DNA from: an uncultured archaeon
Lineage (GTDB): Archaea; Iainarchaeota; Iainarchaeia; Iainarchaeales; CSSED10-239
Length of the DNA: 13,179 nucleotides
Assembly (NCBI GenBank): GCA_964468895.1
Contig: CAYXWT010000016.1
Span: forward strand, 1 to 13,179
Reading direction: 5' to 3'
The notes beneath the pieces are model-generated. The model was given only the letters and a program-made list of their open reading frames with translations, did no database searches and was not told the DNA's origin. Below, one piece after another: positions 1 through 8,060 of this stretch; the first letter of the stretch is position 1; each line of letters opens with the position of its first letter. The position numbers and the translations under genes are program-made.

Positions 1-1843
1 TTTTACTAACTGTGTTTTGTATTTGTCCTGGACTACTATTGTATTTATCTATAATTTGATCTTCAGAAGTCTCTTTAATCCAATCGTTAATTAATCTACT
101 TAATTGTATTTTGTTTAAAAGATTTAAATCTTCATAATCAAAATTTATTTTGTCTTTAATATTGTCAAAAATATTAAATAATTCATCTTCATTATACTTT
201 TTGTAATTAATATAAGGATATAGTTCAGTTGTATTACAAATAGTAAATATTCTTTCTAAATCTTTTATCTTATTAACATCTATTTTGCTTTTAATATTTA
301 AATCTGTTATAATATTATTAGCAGAAATAGGATCTAAATATAATAGACATACTTTTTCTCCAAGCTTACTTATTTTTAATTTAGTTGTGTTTTTTATATT
401 TTCTATAAAATTATATTCTATAAATTCTGTAATAATTTCTGTGATATTTTTTTGAATTTCTAAATTATTTCCAAAAGTAAAATAATAAAAAGTTCTAGAA
501 ATGTATTCTAATATTTCATCTATAGTTTCTAAATTATTTATTAAAATTATAGCTAACAAATGTGATCTAAGTAATTTAATTTTAGATAGTTGTGATTCTA
601 TATTTGTAGGTTTTGCTATAATGTATGAATTATAAATTAATGGAATATTTTGTTCTTTGGTTACATTTGCTATTGCTTGACCAGCAGTATCATATTTTGG
701 TCTTCCTGCTCTTCCAGCCATTTGATGAAATTCATTAATAGGTATTGGATTCATACTTCCATTACTAAATCTATAAATGGAATTAATTACAACCCTATAT
801 GCAGGTAAATTAATACCAGCTGCAAGAGTTGGAGTTGCAAAAATTACTTTGATATTACCTTTTCTAAATTCTTCTTCAACTATGTTTCTTTGTTTTGAAA
901 TTAATCCAGCATGATGAAATGCAATTGAATTTTTTATACAATTATATAATAACATACATTGTTTTGTTGGTTGTTCAAGACAACTAGATGCTTCTTTTGC
1001 AATTTTTATAAGTTCTTCTGAATTACTAAAATCTTTAGTAATTGCTGAATATTTTGAAGAAAAAGACATTGTATTTTTTCTGGAATTACAGAAAATAATT
1101 ATTTGTTTATTATTTTTTAAAGTATTATATATTATATTACTTAGCCCATTATCTTTTATTTTATTAGTAATATTATTTTCTTCTAACTCTTGAATGTTGT
1201 TTTCTAAGTATAATTTTTTATTATTTAATATACATACTTCTAAAGGTACTGGTCTATAATCACTTGTAATTAATTTTGCATCAAGCCAATTACTAAGTTC
1301 ATCTGAATTTCCAATAGTAGCTGAAAGTCCTAAAAAACAAATATTTGTATATAAGTTTCTAATTTGTGTAATTAGTATTTCTAAAGTTGATCCTCTATCA
1401 GATCCTAGTTCGTGTATTTCATCAATAGTGATTAGTCCAATTTCATTTATCCATCTGGGATTATGCCTAATTATAGAGTCAAACTTTTCATAAGTTAGAA
1501 ATAAAATATTATAATCTTTTAAATTTTTTGATGATGCATCCAAATCACCAGTAGAAATACCAATTTTCAAATCATATTTTTTTGCAAACTTTTTTTTAGT
1601 TTCTTTATAATGTTCACTAGTAAGTGCTTTAAGTGGAGATATATATATAACTTTTTTTTTTTTATTTAAAACATAATCTAATAAGTACATTTCAAATATT
1701 GTTGTTTTTCCTGAAGCTGTTGGAGAACAAACAATTATATTTTCACTTAAAGTTAAATACTTTGAAGCTAGTTCTTGTGGAGGGTTTAATGATTTATAAT
1801 TATTAATTTCAAGTACTTCTTTTAGAATTTCTTTTTTATTCAT
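1..1843 (-). CDS. hel308: Ski2-like / Hel308-family superfamily-2 DNA helicase, N-terminal ~614 codons; the C-terminus runs off the left edge. Not in the supplied ORF track.
   Basis: Own minus-strand translation from ATG at 1843..1841: MNKKEILKEVLEINNYKSLNPPQELASKYL... Motif I SPTASGKTT (1700..1726), motif II DEIH (1412..1423), LGLSATIGN, SDYRPVPL, AFHHAGL, ATPTLAAGINLPA, motif VI QMAGRAGRP (698..724). The C-terminal part reads ...NDWIKETSEDQIIDKYNSSPGQIQN. No in-frame stop in my hand translation down to position 2. Confidence 0.9.
   Translation of the reverse strand, partial: MNKKEILKEVLEINNYKSLNPPQELASKYLTLSENIIVCSPTASGKTTIFEMYLLDYVLNKKKKVIYISPLKALTSEHYKETKKKFAKKYDLKIGISTGDLDASSKNLKDYNILFLTYEKFDSIIRHNPRWINEIGLITIDEIHELGSDRGSTLEILITQIRNLYTNICFLGLSATIGNSDELSNWLDAKLITSDYRPVPLEVCILNNKKLYLENNIQELEENNITNKIKDNGLSNIIYNTLKNNKQIIIFCNSRKNTMSFSSKYSAITKDFSNSEELIKIAKEASSCLEQPTKQCMLLYNCIKNSIAFHHAGLISKQRNIVEEEFRKGNIKVIFATPTLAAGINLPAYRVVINSIYRFSNGSMNPIPINEFHQMAGRAGRPKYDTAGQAIANVTKEQNIPLIYNSYIIAKPTNIESQLSKIKLLRSHLLAIILINNLETIDEILEYISRTFYYFTFGNNLEIQKNITEIITEFIEYNFIENIKNTTKLKISKLGEKVCLLYLDPISANNIITDLNIKSKIDVNKIKDLERIFTICNTTELYPYINYKKYNEDELFNIFDNIKDKINFDYEDLNLLNKIQLSRLINDWIKETSEDQIIDKYNSSPGQIQNTVSK
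1652..1663. repeat. 12-nt homopolymer (T12 on +, A12 on the coding strand) inside the helicase gene, encoding N-K-K-K-K
   Basis: Counted directly: c + 9 t (1651-1660) followed by 3 t (1661-1663). In frame it reads AAT AAA AAA AAA AAA GTT. Confidence 0.9.
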
Positions 1844-2004
1844 TAATATAATTATATAACAAATATATTTAATACCTTAATTATTATTTTTGAAATCAAA
1901 TTATATAGATATAATTAAATATACGTTTAATTTAATATTAATATGACTTTATATATTTAATTATCTATAAATTGTATATAATATTTTAGTTATTATAAAT
2001 TTAA
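1844..2004. promoter_or_regulatory. Divergent intergenic region between the helicase (-) and the CARDB-like gene (+); presumed to hold both archaeal TATA/BRE promoters
   Basis: 161 nt with no ORF, almost pure A/T with many TATA-like strings. Neither flanking start codon has a Shine-Dalgarno motif, consistent with first-in-unit genes with short or no leaders. Individual boxes cannot be picked reliably in this composition. Confidence 0.3.
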
Positions 2005-2547
2005 ATGAAGGTGATTTTTATAAAAACCAAATTTACTTTAATGATGTTTGTTTTAGTATTTTCATGTTTATTTGCAAATAGTATTTTTGCAGATGATGTA
2101 GGTATTATAGATATTATTACATATGATACTATAGAAATGTATAGCAATTTTGATGTAAATGTAGTTGTAGTTAACAATTCAGGTGCTAATAAAGATGTTA
2201 ATTTAAATGTAGACATATTATCTCCAACAGGTTTTGGTGTTGGTAATGCGAAAAAAGATGAAATCATTTTTGCAAATTCTACTCAATTAGTTACAGTTCC
2301 ATTTATTTGGGATGCTAATATAGATACTAATGCATCTATTAATAGTCATATTATTAATGTTGAGCTTGGTAATGATTATATTGAAGGGTCTATTAAGAAT
2401 AATTTTTTAAGAAAGTATTTTATAATTATAGGAAAGGAAAAAAAGATTCCTGTGCCAGATTTTCCTCTAATTCTTTCTATATTATTAGTATTTACAATAG
2501 TTTTAATATATTCAAAACCAGAAAATAAACCTAAAATCAAAAAATAA
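2005..2547 (+). CDS. Secreted or surface-anchored CARDB-like domain protein with a C-terminal P-x-F + TM + basic tail
   Basis: Signal peptide MKVIFIKTKFTLMMFVLVFSCLFANSIFA/DD. CARDB-like pattern by eye: FDVNVVVVNNSGANKDVNLNV ... STQLVTVPFIWDA ... HIINVELGNDYIEGSIKNN. C-terminus PVPDFPLILSILLVFTIVLIYSKPENKPKIKK. Confidence 0.7.
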   Translation: MKVIFIKTKFTLMMFVLVFSCLFANSIFADDVGIIDIITYDTIEMYSNFDVNVVVVNNSGANKDVNLNVDILSPTGFGVGNAKKDEIIFANSTQLVTVPFIWDANIDTNASINSHIINVELGNDYIEGSIKNNFLRKYFIIIGKEKKIPVPDFPLILSILLVFTIVLIYSKPENKPKIKK

Positions 2548-2583
2548 AATTTAATAAAAAAATATAAAAAAATGGTGTCATAT

Positions 2584-3504
2584 ATGGATTCAAAAATAAT
2601 AAAAATTTTACAAAAATCAGGTACTATAAATAATAAAACTCATAAATTTGCAAAAAAATTTATAAAACCAGATCTTTCAATTTATGAGATTGGAACTAAA
2701 ATTGATGATTATATAATAGAACAAGGTGGCTTTCCTGCTTGGCCTGTTAATCTATCTGTTAATAATCAAGCTGCTCATAATAGTTATGGTAAAGATAATG
2801 ATTATAAATTAGATGAAAATGATGTTTTAAAAGTAGATATTGGAGTTTCTATTGATGGTTATATTACAGATGCTTCTCAAACAATTATTTTTAATAAAAA
2901 TCATGAAAAATTAAGAGAATGTACTTTTAAAGCTTTAGAATCTTCTAAAAAATATCTTGAAGAAAATTATAAAACTGCTAAAATTTCAAAAATTGGAGAA
3001 ATTATAGAAGAAAAAATAAAATCTTATGGCTATAAACCAATTTCTAATCTTACAGGTCATTATATAGATAGATATAAAACACATGATTTTCCTTCAATTC
3101 CAAATGTTTTATCTGATTTAGATTATAAATTTAGTGAGTTTGATAAAGCTTTTGCAATTGAACCTTTTGCTTCAGATGGAAATGGATTTGTAAGTGAAGG
3201 TGAAAAGATATATATTTTTGAATTTGTTGAAGATAGAGCTATTAGAAATCAAGGTGCAAGACAAATTTTAGAAGAAATTAAAAAATTTAAGGGTATGCCA
3301 TTTTCTGAGTCTTGGGTTGGAAAAGATTTAAGTGAATTTAATAGAAAAATTGCACTTAGAGAGTTACTAAGATCTGAAATAATTTCTGGATATCCAGTAT
3401 TATTAGATAAGAAAGGATGTTTTGTTTCTCAATGGGAAGATACTTTCATAATTGATTTAAAAGAAGGTTTATTAGATTTAGTGAATATAAATGAATTATT
3501 CTAG
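2584..3504 (+). CDS. map: Methionine aminopeptidase, type 2 (archaeal/eukaryotic class, peptidase family M24A)
   Basis: FPAWPVNLSVNNQAAHNS; metal-ligand contexts VDIGVSIDGYITDASQT (Asp, Asp), LTGHYI (His), FAIEPFAS (Glu), SQWEDTF (Glu). A helical insert between the last two, typical of type 2, is present (ARQILEEIKKFKGMPFSESWV...LRELLRSEIISGYPVL). Start called at ATG 2584 because GGTG (2574-2577) lies 6 nt upstream and archaeal MetAPs begin near this point. The ORF-track start ATG 2572 is the alternative. The usual E-H-T after the last ligand reads E-D-T here. Confidence 0.92.
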   Translation: MDSKIIKILQKSGTINNKTHKFAKKFIKPDLSIYEIGTKIDDYIIEQGGFPAWPVNLSVNNQAAHNSYGKDNDYKLDENDVLKVDIGVSIDGYITDASQTIIFNKNHEKLRECTFKALESSKKYLEENYKTAKISKIGEIIEEKIKSYGYKPISNLTGHYIDRYKTHDFPSIPNVLSDLDYKFSEFDKAFAIEPFASDGNGFVSEGEKIYIFEFVEDRAIRNQGARQILEEIKKFKGMPFSESWVGKDLSEFNRKIALRELLRSEIISGYPVLLDKKGCFVSQWEDTFIIDLKEGLLDLVNINELF

Positions 3505-4651
3505 ATTGTTTAGTTTAAAAAATATTTTAAAGATATTTTTAATATCTTTAAGTCTTATATTTTGGGTTTATTTTTATATTAACTCAAACATAAGTTTAGA
3601 TATACTTATAATATTTGACTTACCATCTATTATGAATACTTTTTTTACTACTAACTTTTTGATATTTTTAATATTATTTCCAATTACAACTTCATTAATA
3701 ATTTCATTTTCATATAAAGGAGAAAATAAAACTAACATTTTGATAACAGGTATTGGAATAATATTAGGATCTTTGATAAGCTTACTTCTTTTTGGATTTG
3801 ATTTTAATTTTGTAATATTTTTAGTTTTATATTTAATAATACATATTGTAATAAATACATTTACAAAAACTAAATTTGAAAGTGAAGCTAAAAGTAGTGT
3901 TTTAGATACTGCAAATTATTCTTGTTCAAAAATATCTTTATTTTTGACAATTATTTTATTTATAATATTATTTATAAGTTTACTTCCAAATCAACAACAA
4001 AAAGCAGTAAATTTAGAAGTTGGTATTGTGAATCTTTTTGTTGGAGATGATTTAAGTAATTGGTTAGGTACTTCTTATAGTATAAGTAAAAGTTGTACTA
4101 AGCAAAATCTTGAACAAATAATGGGGCAACCACAATATAAAGCTCTAGAAGAAAAAACAGATGTTGAAAGTATTAATTTTACAAATTATTTAGATTCTAC
4201 TTATGATTCTATAGATGATGAATCTTCATTTGATTTAGCAAACCTGAACACTTTAGAAGTTAAAGAAAACGTTTTGAATACCATTAGAACTATTCCTATG
4301 ATGGTTATTGTAGAAAAGTATTTTGCAATAGTTTTTTCTTTTGTAGTTGTTTCTTTTGCTTATTTATATTTTGGATTAGCTTTTGGTATATTAGGTGTGA
4401 TATTTGTGATTATATTTAGAAAGTTATTAGATTCTAAACATAATAATTCTAAAGATAATGATAATAAAGTTTTAAAAAACATGTTAGACAAAGATATTAA
4501 TACAAATCTGTTAAAGACTGATAATACTAAAGAAGAATCTACTATTGAAGAAAAAATCTCTGAAGATAAGATATCTCAAGAGAAGCAATCTGATACTAAA
4601 GATGATGATCTTCCTAAAGAAAAAGATGTAGATGACTTTAAATTTAATTAA
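3491..4651 (+). CDS. Polytopic membrane protein of unknown function (about 7-8 TM segments, ~100-aa loop, K/D/E-rich C-terminal tail)
   Basis: ATG 3491 overlaps the end of map by 14 nt (map stop TAG 3502-3504), with AGTGA 6 nt upstream. Hydrophobic segments lie near aa 12-31, 38-73, 82-123, 146-165 and 268-310. The loop (aa ~167-267) has 1 Cys and acidic patches. The tail (aa 311-386) is low-complexity K/D/E/N. Confidence 0.72.
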   Translation: MNYSRLFSLKNILKIFLISLSLIFWVYFYINSNISLDILIIFDLPSIMNTFFTTNFLIFLILFPITTSLIISFSYKGENKTNILITGIGIILGSLISLLLFGFDFNFVIFLVLYLIIHIVINTFTKTKFESEAKSSVLDTANYSCSKISLFLTIILFIILFISLLPNQQQKAVNLEVGIVNLFVGDDLSNWLGTSYSISKSCTKQNLEQIMGQPQYKALEEKTDVESINFTNYLDSTYDSIDDESSFDLANLNTLEVKENVLNTIRTIPMMVIVEKYFAIVFSFVVVSFAYLYFGLAFGILGVIFVIIFRKLLDSKHNNSKDNDNKVLKNMLDKDINTNLLKTDNTKEESTIEEKISEDKISQEKQSDTKDDDLPKEKDVDDFKFN

Positions 4652-4675
4652 ATATAAAAATATAAGGCAATTATT

Positions 4676-5986
4676 ATGATTTTAAAAAATAAAAAATTAT
4701 TATTATTATTTGGGAGTGTTATTTTCTGTTTTATATTAATTAATAATATTTTTGCAATATCTATTTTAGATACAAAAGATATTTCTAAAGATTATTTTTT
4801 TAATGATGAATATATAGATAATAATACCAAAATAGTTTCTTGTGAAAACGAAACTTATTTTGTAGTTCCTGCATTAAACTCAAATGGTTCTGTTACTTTT
4901 TTTGTACCTATTAATAATAGTAGTGGACAAATTTATTCTGAAGATGATGATGTGTTAAAATCTTTATTTAAAACAACTTATTTTTTAAAAAAAATAACTA
5001 CTTCTAATAGTAATAATTATTTATCTTTACAATTAGTTGATAAAATAAACCAATTAATATTAATATTAAATTCCAAAAATTCACAACTTCAAGGTATTAT
5101 TAATAATGATTATTCTTTAGAAATTACTAATACTTGTAAATCATCACAATCAGAGTTAAATAATTTATTAGAAAATTTAGAGACTTTAAAAGTAAATTTA
5201 GAAAATGCTTATAGAAAACAAGAAGAATTTACAAATAATTCTGATTGTTTAAAGACTGATAAATTAATACTTATTTTTAAAAATGCTTTTGAAGGTTATT
5301 CTGATATAACTGAATTTGCATTAAATTTTCAAAATTCCACAAATTTAATTACTGAAAAAGTAGTTGCAAATAATGAACTAGATCAAATTACTAAAAATAT
5401 GATTATTAATTATGCTTCTTCACCTTTAAGTTTAAGTTCAGAAATATCAACTATATATGATAGTTTATCTAAAACAAATTCTTTTTATAACCCTATTGTT
5501 AATTCTTTATTAAAAACTGGAGATAACAATCCAATTAATTTACAAGTACATAATTTTTTAGCAAGGTCTGATTTAGTGAAAGTTAATGCAATACTCTATG
5601 GTTTTGATGCTGAATTAAATGGTTCTGTAGATGAGGTTTCGAAATATGTACTCAGTAGTGAATTAAACGAGCTATGGGTTGACCAAGAATCAGTAAAACG
5701 TGTCAAGACATCTTATTTAGAGGTTACTAAATTGTATGAGGATAAAGATTATTCTTTAATAATTAATAAAGTAAATTATTTAAAATTACAATTAAAGAAA
5801 GTTATTAAAAGTGGTTCAGAAATAAAAGAAAGTGAAAATAATTTTGATTTTGAAACAAAGCATTATTTAATAACTGGAATTGCGATTGTTCTTATTCTAT
5901 TATTGATTTATCTTATAAATAAAAACAAAAAGAAAAAAAGATATACTAAAGTAGTAAATAATAATAAAAAAGATCCTTTTAATTAA
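4676..5986 (+). CDS. Surface protein: N-terminal signal peptide, long helical/coiled-coil ectodomain, C-terminal TM anchor and poly-Lys tail; function unknown
   Basis: MILKNKKLLLLFGSVIFCFILINNIFA signal. Heptad-like stretches (SELNNLLENLETLKVNLENAYRKQEEF). Sequons NNT, NET, NGS, NSS, NST. C-terminus HYLITGIAIVLILLLIYLINKNKKKKRY. Weak SD AAGG 8 nt upstream of ATG 4676. Confidence 0.72.
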   Translation: MILKNKKLLLLFGSVIFCFILINNIFAISILDTKDISKDYFFNDEYIDNNTKIVSCENETYFVVPALNSNGSVTFFVPINNSSGQIYSEDDDVLKSLFKTTYFLKKITTSNSNNYLSLQLVDKINQLILILNSKNSQLQGIINNDYSLEITNTCKSSQSELNNLLENLETLKVNLENAYRKQEEFTNNSDCLKTDKLILIFKNAFEGYSDITEFALNFQNSTNLITEKVVANNELDQITKNMIINYASSPLSLSSEISTIYDSLSKTNSFYNPIVNSLLKTGDNNPINLQVHNFLARSDLVKVNAILYGFDAELNGSVDEVSKYVLSSELNELWVDQESVKRVKTSYLEVTKLYEDKDYSLIINKVNYLKLQLKKVIKSGSEIKESENNFDFETKHYLITGIAIVLILLLIYLINKNKKKKRYTKVVNNNKKDPFN

Positions 5987-8019
5987 AGCTCATATTCATT
6001 AAGTATTTTTTCATCAATTTTATATTTATTTAATGCAAGCTTAAATTCTATATAGTCTTTAGGAGGATTTTTAGTTAATTTTTCAATAAATTTAGTTCTA
6101 GAATTAATAATTTCTAAAAGATCATTTAATTTAATGTTGTGTTCTCTAGAAATATCTTTTAATATTTCACTTTTGTATGTTATAGGTAAATCATTAGTAA
6201 ATAACCCATCATTATTTTTCTTTTTAGAATCAGATATATAATCATATACTGCATTATATTCTATTTTGTTTTCTTTAACATTAAATCCTCTAACTTCATC
6301 AATTTCTTTAATAGCTCTTTTAGTTTCTGAGCTACCACTAAAACCAGTAATAATGACTATATCCATACTTGTTAACAAAGATGGTTCTAATGATATTGGT
6401 GGAGTTATTAATCTATTTACAAGATCATTTATACTTTTAGAGTGAACTGTAGATATACAACAGTGACCTGAAGCCATACCTTGGAACATAAGTGCCATTT
6501 CTTCTCCTCTAACTTCTCCAATAACTAAATAATCTGGTCTTTGTCTAAATGATTCTTTTAACAGATCTTCCATAGTTACTTCACCGTATTTTTTACCTCT
6601 AGCATCAGGAGGCCCAAAACCAGGTCTTGAAATTTGTGGAATCCAATTATCCATTAATAAATTAATTTCTCTTGTATCTTCAATAGAAACAACTCTTTGT
6701 CCTTGTGGTATAAATGAAGTTATAACATTTAAAAGAGTTGTTTTACCAGCAGCTGTTGGACCAACAATAATTGCAGTTTTTTTAAATTCAATAGCTGTCC
6801 AAAGATAAGCTGTAATTGTTGGGTTTAAAGTATTACTATTATTAAGATCAATAGCAGTTAATGGTTTTGAAGGAAATTTTCTAATAGTAAAAGTAGGTCC
6901 TCTAGTTGAAACATTTGTTGTTAGAGTTGCATTTACACGAGATCCATCCGGTAATATAGAATCTAATAACGGAGAAGCATAAGATACATAACTTTTACAT
7001 AGATGAGCCATTTTAATTACAAATTCTTGTAATTTTTTTTCATCATTCATTACAATATTAGTGACAAGATGGCCATATTTTCTATGAACTATAAATACCG
7101 GTATACCAGTACCATCTCCTTCAATATCTTCAATAAGAGGATCATGCATTAGAGGTTCTATTTCGTCTAATCCTTTAATTTGTCTTGCTATATAATAAAT
7201 GATTTTCTTTTTTTGTTCAGAATCTAATTTTAATTTCTTTTTTGCAAATATTCTATCTACTTGTTTAAATAATGAGGCATCATCTTTAATATCTATTAAT
7301 GAAATTTTATCAATTAATTCGTTTTTAACATCTTCTAGTATTTTCTTTTCAGAAGTATTTAATTCAGGTTCAACAACAACATATTCTTTTCTTCCATTTT
7401 TAGTTTCAACAAAAGCATATGCAAAACCAGGTATTAGAGCTTGATAATTTTCTGGTTTTAGTTCATTAGGCATTTCAAATTTAGGCCCAGTATAATTAAT
7501 AATATCTTCTTCATTTGTTTTATTTATTACAGGTTTTTTGTTTTTAGAAAATAATGTTTTTATAAATTTATTTAATTTAATAAATATACTTTCTTTTTTG
7601 ATAGTTTGTTTTTTAGTTAATATTTTGGGTTGTATTAGAGGTATCTCTTTATGTATTTCTTTAATTTCTTTTATTGGTATTTCTTTTACAATTTTCTTTT
7701 TTTTAAAAATATTATTTAAAATAGATCTATTTCTTAAGGTAAATTTTGTATTATATGGTATTTCCATATTTCTACATAATTCTAATAAGCAATTATTAAA
7801 TTCAATTAATTTTTTTAAAACATCTTTGTCTTTGTTTTTGGATGTTTCTAGTATTTGCTTGTCTTTTAATTCTTTAATTAATTGAGAAGAAGATATTTTA
7901 CTTTCAATTAATTTATTAATTAATTCTTGCTCATTTGAAGATCTACTATCTTCTATTTTAGAAATAGTATGCGCTAGGTCTACTAACTTTTTTGTATCTT
8001 TTGAGTTTGGAATTTTCAT
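5983..8019 (-). CDS. FlaI/ArlI/PilB-family type II/IV secretion (type IV filament) ATPase with a ~190-aa Lys-rich N-terminal extension
   Basis: Walker A VGPTAAGKTT (6736..6762). SIEDTREINL Asp box. Walker B RPDYLVIGEVRGEE (6499..6537). His box GMASGHCCISTVHS. FlaI-type N-domain YQALIPGFAYAFVETKNGRKEYVVVEPELNTSEKK. The ORF-track start at 8031 is TTG (plus strand reads caa). I prefer ATG 8019 (MKIPNSK...), which has GAGATG 6 nt upstream. Confidence 0.93.
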   Translation of the reverse strand: MKIPNSKDTKKLVDLAHTISKIEDSRSSNEQELINKLIESKISSSQLIKELKDKQILETSKNKDKDVLKKLIEFNNCLLELCRNMEIPYNTKFTLRNRSILNNIFKKKKIVKEIPIKEIKEIHKEIPLIQPKILTKKQTIKKESIFIKLNKFIKTLFSKNKKPVINKTNEEDIINYTGPKFEMPNELKPENYQALIPGFAYAFVETKNGRKEYVVVEPELNTSEKKILEDVKNELIDKISLIDIKDDASLFKQVDRIFAKKKLKLDSEQKKKIIYYIARQIKGLDEIEPLMHDPLIEDIEGDGTGIPVFIVHRKYGHLVTNIVMNDEKKLQEFVIKMAHLCKSYVSYASPLLDSILPDGSRVNATLTTNVSTRGPTFTIRKFPSKPLTAIDLNNSNTLNPTITAYLWTAIEFKKTAIIVGPTAAGKTTLLNVITSFIPQGQRVVSIEDTREINLLMDNWIPQISRPGFGPPDARGKKYGEVTMEDLLKESFRQRPDYLVIGEVRGEEMALMFQGMASGHCCISTVHSKSINDLVNRLITPPISLEPSLLTSMDIVIITGFSGSSETKRAIKEIDEVRGFNVKENKIEYNAVYDYISDSKKKNNDGLFTNDLPITYKSEILKDISREHNIKLNDLLEIINSRTKFIEKLTKNPPKDYIEFKLALNKYKIDEKILNEYEL

Positions 8020-8060
8020 GTGACATCTCAAATCTTTATTAAATTATAAAATTAAGAAGA

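Noticed and set aside
2001-2267. 88-aa minus-strand ORF from the track
   Set aside because: It lies entirely antisense to the CARDB-like gene, which has a coherent signal peptide, domain and anchor. Its product is low-complexity with no SD or promoter space. It is a typical shadow ORF.
3491-4651. 386-aa membrane protein as the missing A24 prepilin peptidase (D37-x6-LP at aa 37-45 and VGDD at aa 184-187)
   Set aside because: The second motif is not a GxGD, and the candidate Asp residues are ~145 residues apart instead of ~60. The first lies within a hydrophobic stretch. The resemblance is too weak to call without profile searches.
7639-7686. Short peptide repeat KEIPIKEIKEIHKEIP (AAAGAAAT-type DNA repeats) in the ATPase extension
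   Set aside because: It is only 2-3 imperfect copies of a 4-8 residue unit in Lys/Glu/Ile-rich sequence. It is compatible with low-complexity drift and not a defined repeat family.
7199-7885. Two plus-strand ORFs (81 aa at 7199-7444 and 115 aa at 7538-7885)
   Set aside because: Both are antisense to the well-supported ATPase gene. Their F/L/I/S-rich translations are what a K/E/N-rich gene gives on its T-rich complement. There are no motifs and no translation signals.
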